From Candidatus Nomurabacteria bacterium (GTDB taxonomy: Bacteria; Patescibacteriota; Dojkabacteria; SC72; JAHDCA01): DNA of 64,000 nucleotides. The position numbers and the translations under genes were made by a program. Below are positions 43,412-53,041 of the stretch, piece after piece; within the stretch, counting starts at the first letter, position 1; each line of letters begins with the position of its first letter. Below the pieces are notes generated by a model that was not told the origin of the DNA, made no database searches, and worked only from the letters and a program-made list of their open reading frames with translations. The stretch lies in contig JACKFR010000003.1 of NCBI GenBank assembly GCA_020632375.1, positions 1,546 through 65,545 of the forward strand. The letters run 5' to 3'.

Positions 43412-46400
43412 TTATTTTGCGGGTGTCCATAAACCACTACCATCGTCAACTTTCAAAAAGTATCCGCTAGTAACATTTATCGGAAAATCAAACCCATAAA
43501 CATCTGCGACACCATTATCTGAGGTTTCTTTTTGCAGTCCCTCATATTTTGCTTTGCTCGAATCCCATTCAGTCACATTAACAGCAGTAAATCCTTCTTG
43601 ACCATTTACAGAGTCAATCAAACTCTCAGCAGTATAAGCTTTTGATGTACCATGAACGGCCACTAGATTCCACCCTTGCATGAGCGATACCGGAACTGGT
43701 TCAATAATCCCTTTCCCAGAAAGAGTCACAACCAAATCTTGTTTAGATTTGAGAACATAACCACGTCCAGGAATTATCTGGAAGTCTTGGCTACCGTAAG
43801 TGTCTCCGTTACGATTCCCGATTACTTCCCATTTACCTGAGTCAAATCGTGCGATTGAATAAAAGGCATCACTGTAATCGGCATTAAGCGAAGTGAGGAG
43901 ATCACTTGCCATATTAGGCTCTGACGGATCTACAAAATCAAATGAGACCAAGTTAAATCCAGCAGATATTTCATAAGTTCTTGTTGTAGACTCTTTTGAA
44001 AGCTCAAGATCAACTACATCTGCGACATTAACATCGGTGCCCTCATCATATTCTCCGTTTCCATTCTCATCTATATAAAGTAGTGTTTCAGCATTTTTCT
44101 GTAAAACTTCAAAACAGTATTTTTCTCCATTATAAATCGTGCAATAAATACCTGAGTCTTCAAAAATCACTGTTTCACCAGATGGAGAAAATGAAAACTT
44201 ACTTGTTGAAGCACCTAAAACAGCTCGGCCAGAGTTTAGCGATGTCGTAGTAGGGCAACTCGTCCTTTGATTACCACGACATGTAAGACCAGTCGCACCA
44301 CTTGTTTCTTCACACGTATGCCCTTCTTTATCACAAACTGTCCCTATGTCCTGGCTTTCGAGATCCCAGCATCCACCTTCACTAATCTGTTTACACCACT
44401 CGCCATCGTTAAAAATTTCTTCTGTTCCGTAGGCGTCACACCAACATCCTGCACTGTTACCGCAACACTGCTGTCCTCTTGATATAGTGATCCGGCCTGG
44501 GGCTTCAAAAAGGCCTTGCTTGCAGACTTGACCAATCCTTTTGTCAACATAACTCCCATCACACTGACATTTAAGACCGGTCCCATCATCTTGGCAAATT
44601 TCACCTTGTGGCACTAGCTGTATCCAATGATAATCTCCCAGCCCATTTGCAAAAACTCTATCTGTACACAAGTAGTCTCTACCGTCATATTGAGCGACAA
44701 CCCCACGGCAATCATTGCAAACTTTCGCAGGATCTGCAGCACATGCACTTCCTCCCCATCCTTCAGTTGCTTCACTTGTTCCTTCAGGAAGAGTATTTTT
44801 CTTGGTACCATCAGGATTGACCTCATAGTGGTAGAAATTGTATCTGGAGTCCAGCTGACCGCTCCCAGGCGAGACACAAAGATACTTGCTGTCAACGACA
44901 TCGTGAGCACAAACAAGTTCCGAATAGCCTGGACAGGCTTGTCCTAAATTATCCGAAGTGCAAATCCCTTCTGCGTAATATGCAAGTAGCCTACCACTTA
45001 GACCGGTGACCCGAATCGTTCCGTCTGCTAATACCTGGGTGTCACCATTGCCAGATAATGGACCGCTTGTCCCAGATGTAGCGGCACCCGTTGTTCCACT
45101 GCTACCGTTGATCCCGGGATTAACAGTTACACCGGTGCCGGATCCGGAGGAAGTAGTCCCTCCAGTACTAGTTACGATCCCACAAGCACTCGAGGAGTCT
45201 TCCCCGCATCTATAATTCCCATCACTACATCCAAAGCAGCCTAAGCTTCCACCGCCATCACATCCGCCCCGATTAGGCCATCTACTACTTGCCGCTGATA
45301 ACGGACAGTAAGAGCCGGCATCGCATAAATCTCCAGTCGATTTTACTAAATTCTGCGAAATAATATTCCCACAGTCGGGGTCTTCATAAGATGAGCTAGA
45401 AGCAGGTGCCGATACCTCTTGAACCGACCCTCCCCCACCGACACCGCCGGACGAAGGACAGAGTGATGGATTGTCAGGCTCGTTACAATTATTTGTACTC
45501 ACAGCAACTTTACAAGCTTCACTTGCCCAATGTGACTGTGCACCACTCCCCCAAACTTGAACAAAACCCTCTTGGATATTTCCTCTGTTTTCACAGTGAG
45601 TTGCCCCGTTTGAACATGTTACACTCCACCTCCCATAACAAGGACTTGCATAGGCAACTGGGACTAATGATGAAGTTGAAGAAGAGCCTGACTCGCTGAC
45701 AACAATATCTTCAGCAGGAGAATCGACATTTCGAGAGACTTCCTTGTCTGCTGAGCCGTAGCTGGTAATAACTTCAATCGAGTCAATCATGCTCTCACTT
45801 GGTTCTGTATATTTGCTTAAAAATAACTCAGTCCCACCGATCACTCTTGCAGAACTTAGATCGATGTACCAAGAGCCATTGTCCCGGACGACTGCAGAAA
45901 GAGTTGTTGATTCGGCACTGATGCTATCATCTTTAAGAGAGACATAAACTAATGCATCGTTTTCATAAGTATCACTGCCTCCATTTACTATCTTCCCATA
46001 TGCAGGATCGATCTGGGGAAGAGTTGCTGCATCGGAGAGGGCATATGTCTCGAATGTACTCGCACCAGAGACTCCATTTTTAGATGCCCAAAGCAGAGAA
46101 CCGCTGCCGACATAAAATGAGTACTCTTTTGAAGGGTCTAGGTTTTTGACAGTAATGTGGTGTGTATAGTATTTACCTGTTTTTTCGACTTTTACATCTT
46201 CAGATAATATTTCTGAGGTGACTGTTCCGTTCGCTGAGGCTTCAGCCTGTACTTTCTCGGCAGCTTGCAATTCAGCAGCAGCAACATCTCTGTCGTCATA
46301 ACTTACATTGTCATTTTTAATCACGAAAGGAAGTATTAAATTCTTTCCCTCTTTCACATAAACAACCCCGTCTGTCTTAGACTTAGTAACCCATGATAAA

Positions 46401-46549
46401 GACGCTGAATTTGAAGTGATGTTTGTAACCCGAACTTCTTTGGGAGACAAGCGCATATAAACAAGGATCGCAATAACAGAGAGAAAGAGAACAATAAAAA
46501 AGAGAAGGCTGTATCTCAGCAGCTTCTGCTTTGAAAGAAGTATAGACAT
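43412..46549 (-). CDS. giant modular surface protein B (paralog of A)
   Basis: TM SLLFFIVLFLSVIAILVYM; ITSNSASLSWVTKSK...DDRDV...YYTHHITVKNLDPSKEYSFYVG; long Cys-rich region plus a G/S/T tract; IDENGNGEYDEGTD. The C-terminus is GFNLVSFDF...GWNLVAVHGTSKAYTAESLIDSVN...DVYGFDFP...LWTPAK. Confidence 0.7.
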   Translation of the reverse strand: MSILLSKQKLLRYSLLFFIVLFLSVIAILVYMRLSPKEVRVTNITSNSASLSWVTKSKTDGVVYVKEGKNLILPFVIKNDNVSYDDRDVAAAELQAAEKVQAEASANGTVTSEILSEDVKVEKTGKYYTHHITVKNLDPSKEYSFYVGSGSLLWASKNGVSGASTFETYALSDAATLPQIDPAYGKIVNGGSDTYENDALVYVSLKDDSISAESTTLSAVVRDNGSWYIDLSSARVIGGTELFLSKYTEPSESMIDSIEVITSYGSADKEVSRNVDSPAEDIVVSESGSSSTSSLVPVAYASPCYGRWSVTCSNGATHCENRGNIQEGFVQVWGSGAQSHWASEACKVAVSTNNCNEPDNPSLCPSSGGVGGGGSVQEVSAPASSSSYEDPDCGNIISQNLVKSTGDLCDAGSYCPLSAASSRWPNRGGCDGGGSLGCFGCSDGNYRCGEDSSSACGIVTSTGGTTSSGSGTGVTVNPGINGSSGTTGAATSGTSGPLSGNGDTQVLADGTIRVTGLSGRLLAYYAEGICTSDNLGQACPGYSELVCAHDVVDSKYLCVSPGSGQLDSRYNFYHYEVNPDGTKKNTLPEGTSEATEGWGGSACAADPAKVCNDCRGVVAQYDGRDYLCTDRVFANGLGDYHWIQLVPQGEICQDDGTGLKCQCDGSYVDKRIGQVCKQGLFEAPGRITISRGQQCCGNSAGCWCDAYGTEEIFNDGEWCKQISEGGCWDLESQDIGTVCDKEGHTCEETSGATGLTCRGNQRTSCPTTTSLNSGRAVLGASTSKFSFSPSGETVIFEDSGIYCTIYNGEKYCFEVLQKNAETLLYIDENGNGEYDEGTDVNVADVVDLELSKESTTRTYEISAGFNLVSFDFVDPSEPNMASDLLTSLNADYSDAFYSIARFDSGKWEVIGNRNGDTYGSQDFQIIPGRGYVLKSKQDLVVTLSGKGIIEPVPVSLMQGWNLVAVHGTSKAYTAESLIDSVNGQEGFTAVNVTEWDSSKAKYEGLQKETSDNGVADVYGFDFPINVTSGYFLKVDDGSGLWTPAK
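45040..45185. repeat. Gly/Ser/Thr low-complexity tract inside protein B gene
   Basis: Encodes TSTGGTTSSGSGTGVTVNPGINGSSGTTGAATSGTSGPLSGNG. Boundaries are approximate. Confidence 0.6.
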
Positions 46550-46694
46550 ATCAATGTATGATTAAGTAACAATAATATAATCTACTATACAATAGATTTA
46601 CACGCAAGGAAGCCCAAGGAACAGAACCTAAGCAAAAAACAACACTGTATCCATCAACTCAACAAACCAATAAGGCTCTTCATCAAAGCAAACC

Positions 46695-48545
46695 TTAGGA
46701 ACTCTCTTGTATCAACTTGTTTAATGTCGACATCCAATCAGCAATAGAACCGACTATAGGAGATACCGTACCCCCAATTGACGCTGCGGCATCTGGTGAA
46801 TTAACGAATAATGGAGACTGAGCTAACTTGTCGGGGTGGGCAGCAGCCCAAAGAACCTTCAAACTCCTGGCCGTAGCCGCAAGCCAAGCTCTACCTTCTG
46901 TAGTAACGAGCCATTGGTAATTCAAATTCTCATCAGGGAATCGAACACCCGAAGCAGAAGCTTCTCTAAAAACGGATGCCGCAGTTCTTAATCCATTGTC
47001 TACATAGCTAGAAAAGAGTCCCGGAATTCGAGTTGTTTTCGTAAGAAAATCAGTATTCAAATATGTTTGTAAATCGGCTCCCAAAGTAGAATCTTCTTGG
47101 TCTAACTGTTTTTGAATCTCTCGAAAAACAGTCAACAGGTCAGAATCTCCTTCTTCTGTGACTACAAGAGCCAAGCCCTCAACACCACTAGTCATCGAAT
47201 CACGAGCCATCGCAGAAGTTTCTGGGCTAAGATCTGCTAAACTGAGAATTGAAACAGCTCTGGCCGGATCAGCGACAAGACCAGTCGCTTCTTGAGCAAC
47301 GACAAGAGCGGTTGACATAACTTCAGATGTATATGTTCTCGGAACAATCCCACGATTTCCTCCCTTAGATCCATCGTCAATAAATTCATCCCACACATTG
47401 ACTGCGTCCAAGAGTGTTTTAAGCCTTCGGCGTCTAGTCACACCAGCTACGGTAGCAGCCTCAGATGAAGAATCAACCATCGCCTTGGAAAGAGCTGTGT
47501 CTAACTTCTCGCGAAGGCTGACAGGTTTTCCTTCTCTCGTTGGAATTTGAATATTACCAATTTTTAAAAAGGCAGGGTCTACTGAACGATGCGTCATTAC
47601 CATATTTAGCTTATCCTGTATAAGTGGCCACACTAATGTACCCATTTGTTCTTGCAGTGTATCTCTGCGCTGATGGTATACCCCTTCATCTAAAACGGAG
47701 CCACCAGGATTATAATCAACCATATGGCCATCAGTGGCAGCAACAGCTGCAGCAGCTGTGATAAGGCCAAACCACATCCCTCCATTGAGAATAGGCTCCT
47801 TCTCACAACCCAACTGAAAATACCCAACTGATTTAGTACGTCCGATCTTCCTTGTAAGGAGATCTGCAACCCGATCTGCAAAGTCTTGCCGCAAATAAAT
47901 CATACCTGTACTCCCACTCAATATATCTCCGGGATTCACACCAGAAGCAGAAAGAGTCGTTCCAAGAGAATCCAATTCATCCAAAAAACTAAGCTCCCGC
48001 AATGCCGTATGATCCTTAAAACCAGGGTTTCCGGGCCTATTGAAACTTTCGTATCCAGCAACTACAGGGTCTCCCCAACAACCTAATTCTCTCAGACGGT
48101 AATCTAACGCCACTGGCATATGTAAGAATGGATCAGTATTCATAAACCCCGTGACTAAATAGGGTATATTTTCGTCGGGCATTTTTGTCTCACGAATAAT
48201 TTGCTCGATATATGGACTTCGAGCCAAGGCTGCTTCAATTCTGGCCTCTCCTACGACTCTTCGAGCATCTTCATAGGTAGGCGCACTGCTCCATTCCCCG
48301 AGAAAGTCAGAAACTATTGGGACTGTGCTTGAAGGTACCATATCCGCATCTATATAGATCATATATGCATTTTTAAACTCAGGAGCTCTCCCGTATCGTT
48401 CTTCATAGTAAGTTGTAAATCGAGCAATAGGAATTCGCAAGGCCTCCGGTATCGAGCCGGAATCAAAGAGGTGTATACCCCCCACAGAGCTTTCCACGAT
48501 CATAGGTGGGGAATCAGTTGGGTCTGTTCTTGACGGCATTGTCAT
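46695..48545 (-). CDS. hypothetical 616-aa cytoplasmic protein (ORFan, Lys-poor, G+C-richer)
   Basis: Long uninterrupted ORF with no TM or signal. One Lys in the first 100 aa. A hand-counted 100-nt sample (47401..47500) has 51 G+C, against 39 in an r-protein sample (12301..12400). Confidence 0.6.
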   Translation of the reverse strand: MTMPSRTDPTDSPPMIVESSVGGIHLFDSGSIPEALRIPIARFTTYYEERYGRAPEFKNAYMIYIDADMVPSSTVPIVSDFLGEWSSAPTYEDARRVVGEARIEAALARSPYIEQIIRETKMPDENIPYLVTGFMNTDPFLHMPVALDYRLRELGCWGDPVVAGYESFNRPGNPGFKDHTALRELSFLDELDSLGTTLSASGVNPGDILSGSTGMIYLRQDFADRVADLLTRKIGRTKSVGYFQLGCEKEPILNGGMWFGLITAAAAVAATDGHMVDYNPGGSVLDEGVYHQRRDTLQEQMGTLVWPLIQDKLNMVMTHRSVDPAFLKIGNIQIPTREGKPVSLREKLDTALSKAMVDSSSEAATVAGVTRRRRLKTLLDAVNVWDEFIDDGSKGGNRGIVPRTYTSEVMSTALVVAQEATGLVADPARAVSILSLADLSPETSAMARDSMTSGVEGLALVVTEEGDSDLLTVFREIQKQLDQEDSTLGADLQTYLNTDFLTKTTRIPGLFSSYVDNGLRTAASVFREASASGVRFPDENLNYQWLVTTEGRAWLAATARSLKVLWAAAHPDKLAQSPLFVNSPDAAASIGGTVSPIVGSIADWMSTLNKLIQESS

Positions 48546-48593
48546 CTCAACGTCATTAATAAACTTAACTACACTCTGTCCAAAGTATCACAT

Positions 48594-48618
48594 CAAAAAG
48601 CTAAGGGCAAGCTCCCTT
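48594..48618 (-). terminator. weak candidate terminator after the 692-aa membrane protein gene
   Basis: The minus strand reads AAGGG-AGCTTG-CCCTT, then AGCTTTTTG. The stem is only 5 bp. Confidence 0.25.
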
Positions 48619-48622
48619 CTCC

Positions 48623-50701
48623 CTACTCACACCCGTAATCAGAATATATGCTTTCAAGGTTCGCAAACGGGTCTTGAGTATCAATACCCGCCGAAAACCT
48701 GTACCTACTCAAGGATAGATCTTTTCCGAGTGGCAGATACGAAGACGAGACGATCTTCCACTCTCCATTTTCAATCCTTACTCTTACCGAATCGGAAGTG
48801 CACTTAGTGTCAAGGTGTCCCGGAGTAAATCTGAATTCAATAGGGACATAAACTCCGTCCCAATATCCACTATTTTCAAAAAGGCTCTTAGTGTCTGAAA
48901 GAATACTGTCGGCATCAACAGTATAAGAATCCGAAACTGAGTACGAGGTGATTGTATATTTGTCGAGCCCAGTAAAGTCGACTGCGGTTGTACTATCCGA
49001 CCAGAATGTGTCGTAAGCTTTTTGATAGTCACCATCTAGTAAAGCATCTTCGTAATTCTCTAGAAAACTTACGAGAGAATCTTGCACTTTACTCTCAGAA
49101 GTACTCGCGCTGTCTGAGAGTTTCTCGACATTCCTCTTCAAGTAAGCATCCCATATATTCAATTTAAACCATGCCTCGTCTTTTGTTACTTCGACTGCAC
49201 GACTGTGAATTTTTGAACGGACAGCGTCTTTCAGAAGATCTGAAGTTGTGGGATCACTTTCGACTTTAAACCACACAGGTGAAGCTTCAGTCGAAAGATT
49301 TAACAGATAGACGACGTCTATTTTCCCGTTACCTTTGTATCTCCGATAATTTAGATTCGCAACAAAATTGTCTACAGGTAGTAACAGTCCTAATGCAAAG
49401 AATACAATAAACAGATATGAAATTGATTTGCTGATAAATCTCTGGCTGTTTTCTGCGATTAATGCGACAAGGAGTAGAGCGAGGAGAATCGCTATTACTG
49501 CAGTAAAAGCATGTCCCCATATCCGAACAACAGTAAATCCATACACAGATTCGACCAAGAATAACCTCATCTGTGAAGATATAGAAATTACTAGCGTAGA
49601 GAGTATTAAGGCAATAAAGTTTGTCCTGAACAGAAGCTTCTGAGATTGCGTAGTAGCTTTTACTTTAAGATCAAGGATTATGCCTATGAGATAAACAAGT
49701 CCCGACACGATAACAAGTTCAAGAAATCCTCTCCTTGCATACTCTGAATAAGTAAACTCTGCATTTGCACCGATGACATTATTATCCCCTGAAAAAAGAT
49801 ATGTTGACTGGACAACCACAAAAGTCAGAAACACGAGATTAAGGAAGAATAGAAAAGATGATGCGGTTACTACATTCCAACTTTTTTTAATAATGACTTC
49901 TTTCTTTTCAGATGATTTCCGCAACCATTTAGACAAAACAGATTTAGGATTCCAAAGAGAAAAATTATATATAGAGAAGTAGATACCTACAGCCAGGGCT
50001 ACGAAGAATTTTCCGACAAAGACGACAAAAGACTCAAAATCTGCAAACCATCTTCCGAAAGTTTTATTGATTAGGTCTCTCACGAGCTGTTGGAAAACGG
50101 CATCTGCAGAAGAAAGCAATAGTACGAAGGTAAGTATAAATGGAGATGCAACGAACAGACCAAGTAATACTCTCGCACCGTAATATCCGAATCTAGAATT
50201 TTTGATATAACTCGGTTTCAGATGACGGATATATGCAGCGAGATCGCCAAACCAAGACAGAAACAAAATAAATGGCCAAGTAACAAGCCGCCGGACTGAA
50301 AGTTCTAAAGACTTTTTTCCGGCATGTACAACAGATAGCGTTATTGAGTACGCAGTCGGCAAAGCAAAAACGGCAATTAGCAGCGCAAAAGAGTTCCGAA
50401 CCCAGAGAGATGATAAAGAAACAACACTCATCACTCCAAGAAGCATTCCCAGAAACCTTTTATTCTTAGCAAGTGCATCACGATTCCATAAGAAAACCGG
50501 TATAAGAGAATTTACAAAGACAGCTAGATAGAACAAAAAGTGAGATATTGCTGGGGAATCCCAGACAAAGAAGTATACAAATAACAAGCCTAAAACCATC
50601 GAAGAGGTGAGTGAATAGAAAGCGTATCTCACAAGTCCCGGGTCAAACTTACTTTCTTTATTCTTCGTATCTTTCTTTACTTGACGAGATTTAGTAGCCA
50701 T
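48623..50701 (-). CDS. polytopic membrane protein (at least 10 TM) with ~230-aa C-terminal soluble domain
   Basis: Many hydrophobic helices. FTYSEYARRGFLELV resembles a motif I associate with DUF4153/DUF4173 membrane proteins (unverified). The C-terminal part is hydrophilic with 2 Cys. Confidence 0.55.
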   Translation of the reverse strand: MATKSRQVKKDTKNKESKFDPGLVRYAFYSLTSSMVLGLLFVYFFVWDSPAISHFLFYLAVFVNSLIPVFLWNRDALAKNKRFLGMLLGVMSVVSLSSLWVRNSFALLIAVFALPTAYSITLSVVHAGKKSLELSVRRLVTWPFILFLSWFGDLAAYIRHLKPSYIKNSRFGYYGARVLLGLFVASPFILTFVLLLSSADAVFQQLVRDLINKTFGRWFADFESFVVFVGKFFVALAVGIYFSIYNFSLWNPKSVLSKWLRKSSEKKEVIIKKSWNVVTASSFLFFLNLVFLTFVVVQSTYLFSGDNNVIGANAEFTYSEYARRGFLELVIVSGLVYLIGIILDLKVKATTQSQKLLFRTNFIALILSTLVISISSQMRLFLVESVYGFTVVRIWGHAFTAVIAILLALLLVALIAENSQRFISKSISYLFIVFFALGLLLPVDNFVANLNYRRYKGNGKIDVVYLLNLSTEASPVWFKVESDPTTSDLLKDAVRSKIHSRAVEVTKDEAWFKLNIWDAYLKRNVEKLSDSASTSESKVQDSLVSFLENYEDALLDGDYQKAYDTFWSDSTTAVDFTGLDKYTITSYSVSDSYTVDADSILSDTKSLFENSGYWDGVYVPIEFRFTPGHLDTKCTSDSVRVRIENGEWKIVSSSYLPLGKDLSLSRYRFSAGIDTQDPFANLESIYSDYGCE

Positions 50702-50854
50702 TTAAATGATAAAAAAGTTATCCATATCTATAAACGGAGCAGTTCATAAAAAGAAACTCCCACTTAGATCATGATATTGTGATTTAAAGATTATTTCAAG
50801 AATGCAAATGCCTTTCTGCTTACATTTCACGCCAATTTAGGATATTATCTCATC

Positions 50855-51859
50855 ATGAAAAGAAACCGGTATAGCAGTAAAAAATCTAATGCTAAAAAGT
50901 TTTACACGAAAGAAAACATCTTTATATCTAGACTGGCAAGTATTCTTAATGTTTCAAAAAAAGATGTTAATAGAATGTTTAACGAGAGAGTTGTTTCAGC
51001 AATTAGACTCAACCCACTTGCTGGTCCAGTTGAAAATATAAAATCGAGGGTTGAATCAAAAGGCTTTACTCTCGAACCTGTTTCTTGGAGTAAAGATACA
51101 TATATCATCCGAGATAACGACAAATCAGAGCTTTCTAAAATTACAGAGTACAAATCAGGCCTCTTCTACATTCAGAGTCTTTCAAGCATGTTACCGGTTA
51201 TTGCTTTAGATCCAAAGCCTGGAGAAAGAATTTTAGATATGTGTGCGGCACCAGGAAGCAAGACTTCGATGATTGCCGCTTTGACGGGTGATAAAGCGGA
51301 TCTAGTTGCCAATGACCAAGATTTCCGAAGAATTGGGAAGCTAAGGAATATAATCTATCAGTTCCATATCAAGAATATTAAGGTCACTCAGACACCAGGT
51401 GAATCAATCGGAAGCAGGTTTTCTTCTCATTTTGACAAAGTTCTGCTTGATGCCCCCTGTAGTGGAGAAGGGCTGATATATTTGAGAAGCCCTAGACCTT
51501 TGAGATTTTGGAGTATCAAGAAGGTCAAAGCAATGAGTAAGCTTCAAAAAAAACTAATCGAATCAGCATACTTATGTCTTAAGCCAGGAGGAACTCTTGT
51601 TTATTCAACCTGTACTCTTGAACCTGATGAAAACGAGGCTGTACTGACCCACCTTATTGAGCGGCACACAGAAGCAAAAATCGAAGAGATCAGTGTAGTG
51701 AAAGGCGATTCATTTGAAGAGTACAAACAACTTGTCACGCCGGGAATCAAACATTGGAGTGGAAACGACTACTCAGAACAAGTAACAAAAGCAGTCCGAG
51801 TGATTCCAAGCAGCCTAATGCCAGCTTTCTTTATTGCAAAAATAAGGAAACCAGAGTAA
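50855..51859 (+). CDS. RNA cytosine-C5 methyltransferase, RsmB/RsmF (NOL1/NOP2/Sun) family
   Basis: SAM-binding ILDMCAAPGSKT, and catalytic DAPCSGEG and LVYSTCTLEPDENE motifs. Confidence 0.85.
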   Translation: MKRNRYSSKKSNAKKFYTKENIFISRLASILNVSKKDVNRMFNERVVSAIRLNPLAGPVENIKSRVESKGFTLEPVSWSKDTYIIRDNDKSELSKITEYKSGLFYIQSLSSMLPVIALDPKPGERILDMCAAPGSKTSMIAALTGDKADLVANDQDFRRIGKLRNIIYQFHIKNIKVTQTPGESIGSRFSSHFDKVLLDAPCSGEGLIYLRSPRPLRFWSIKKVKAMSKLQKKLIESAYLCLKPGGTLVYSTCTLEPDENEAVLTHLIERHTEAKIEEISVVKGDSFEEYKQLVTPGIKHWSGNDYSEQVTKAVRVIPSSLMPAFFIAKIRKPE

Positions 51860-51895
51860 GGAGTAAAACTTGACACTTAAATATACAGCGCCTAA

Positions 51896-53041
51896 TTGTT
51901 CGAAAAGCGAATGAATACAAAACTGCCTACCAAACATAAAAAATCTTCAAGAGGACTGGTTATCAATCCAGGTGCAGATAGAGACATCATGCTTTCAGTC
52001 ATTATGTTCGGATTTTCTGTAGCTTTTACAAGAGAGCTGCTGCTTATCACTAACTATCCGCAGCTAAGCAATCAGATTCTTCACATAGCTCATTCGGTAT
52101 GGGGAGGTCTACTTTTGCTAATATCAACTTATCTTCTACTCATTTTTGCAAATAAGTGGATTAAGATTCTGAGTGCAATGATTAGCGGTGTTGGTGCCGG
52201 GCTTTTTATTGATGAAATTGGGAAATTCATTACACATACAAACGACTACTTCTTCCCTCCTGCTGCACCGATTATCTATTCAATTTTTCTCTTAATTATA
52301 ATTCTGTTCTTACTACTTAAAAAATCAAGGCAAAAAAGTCCGCGGGCTAGTTTATACAGAGTTCTTATCAATATTCGTGAGCTTTTAGATGATGATCTAG
52401 ATCCGCTTGAAAGAATAGGCTTGCTGGCGGAACTTGAAAATGCCTCAAAGTCAAAAGAGCAACATATAAGCCTGCTTGCGAAACAGCTTTCTAAATATCT
52501 TAGATGTGAACAGCTCCAACTTGCCCCCCACAAAGCAAGTCTGCAGACAAAAATAAACCGCTGGCTACTATCAGTAGGTAGAACTATAGGGAGAAAACGA
52601 CATCTTAAGATTATTATTTGGGCGATTACTCCGATTTCAACTTTTACTGTTTTGCTTGGCGTAATCCTTGTCTGGGCTTGGCTATCACCTGCAAACGCAA
52701 ATGAAATCTTGTCTCATATCCTCCTTACAAGCGTCGATCTTACAAATTTTAGCCCTGTATGGCTCAATCTAAGGCTAACTCTGCAGCTGACAATAGGAAC
52801 ACTATACCTCATATCTCTAATATTTTTCCTAACTGGATATGAAAAAATGGGAACCAAGACAGCTATTACTGCTACACTTTTGTCTCTAACAGTGCTAGAT
52901 CTTTTATACTTTTACTTGAATCAATTCGGCGCTATGGCTGGAGTAGCTGCAAATTTAGTAGCTCTACTGCTGCTTTTTACTTACCAAAAATGGTATTTAA
53001 GGCCAATAAAACTTACCTATAACCCTAAGTCTATTCTTTAG
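51896..53041 (+). CDS. hypothetical polytopic membrane protein
   Basis: 381-aa ORF with multiple hydrophobic helices. No family recognised. Its 3' end overlaps the pnp 3' end by 11 nt (convergent). Confidence 0.5.
   Translation: MFEKRMNTKLPTKHKKSSRGLVINPGADRDIMLSVIMFGFSVAFTRELLLITNYPQLSNQILHIAHSVWGGLLLLISTYLLLIFANKWIKILSAMISGVGAGLFIDEIGKFITHTNDYFFPPAAPIIYSIFLLIIILFLLLKKSRQKSPRASLYRVLINIRELLDDDLDPLERIGLLAELENASKSKEQHISLLAKQLSKYLRCEQLQLAPHKASLQTKINRWLLSVGRTIGRKRHLKIIIWAITPISTFTVLLGVILVWAWLSPANANEILSHILLTSVDLTNFSPVWLNLRLTLQLTIGTLYLISLIFFLTGYEKMGTKTAITATLLSLTVLDLLYFYLNQFGAMAGVAANLVALLLLFTYQKWYLRPIKLTYNPKSIL

Noticed and set aside
40312-46549. Diversity-generating retroelement targeting the giant proteins' C-termini
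   Set aside because: No reverse transcriptase ORF and no template/variable repeat pair are in the window. The C-termini are the conserved part, not the variable part.
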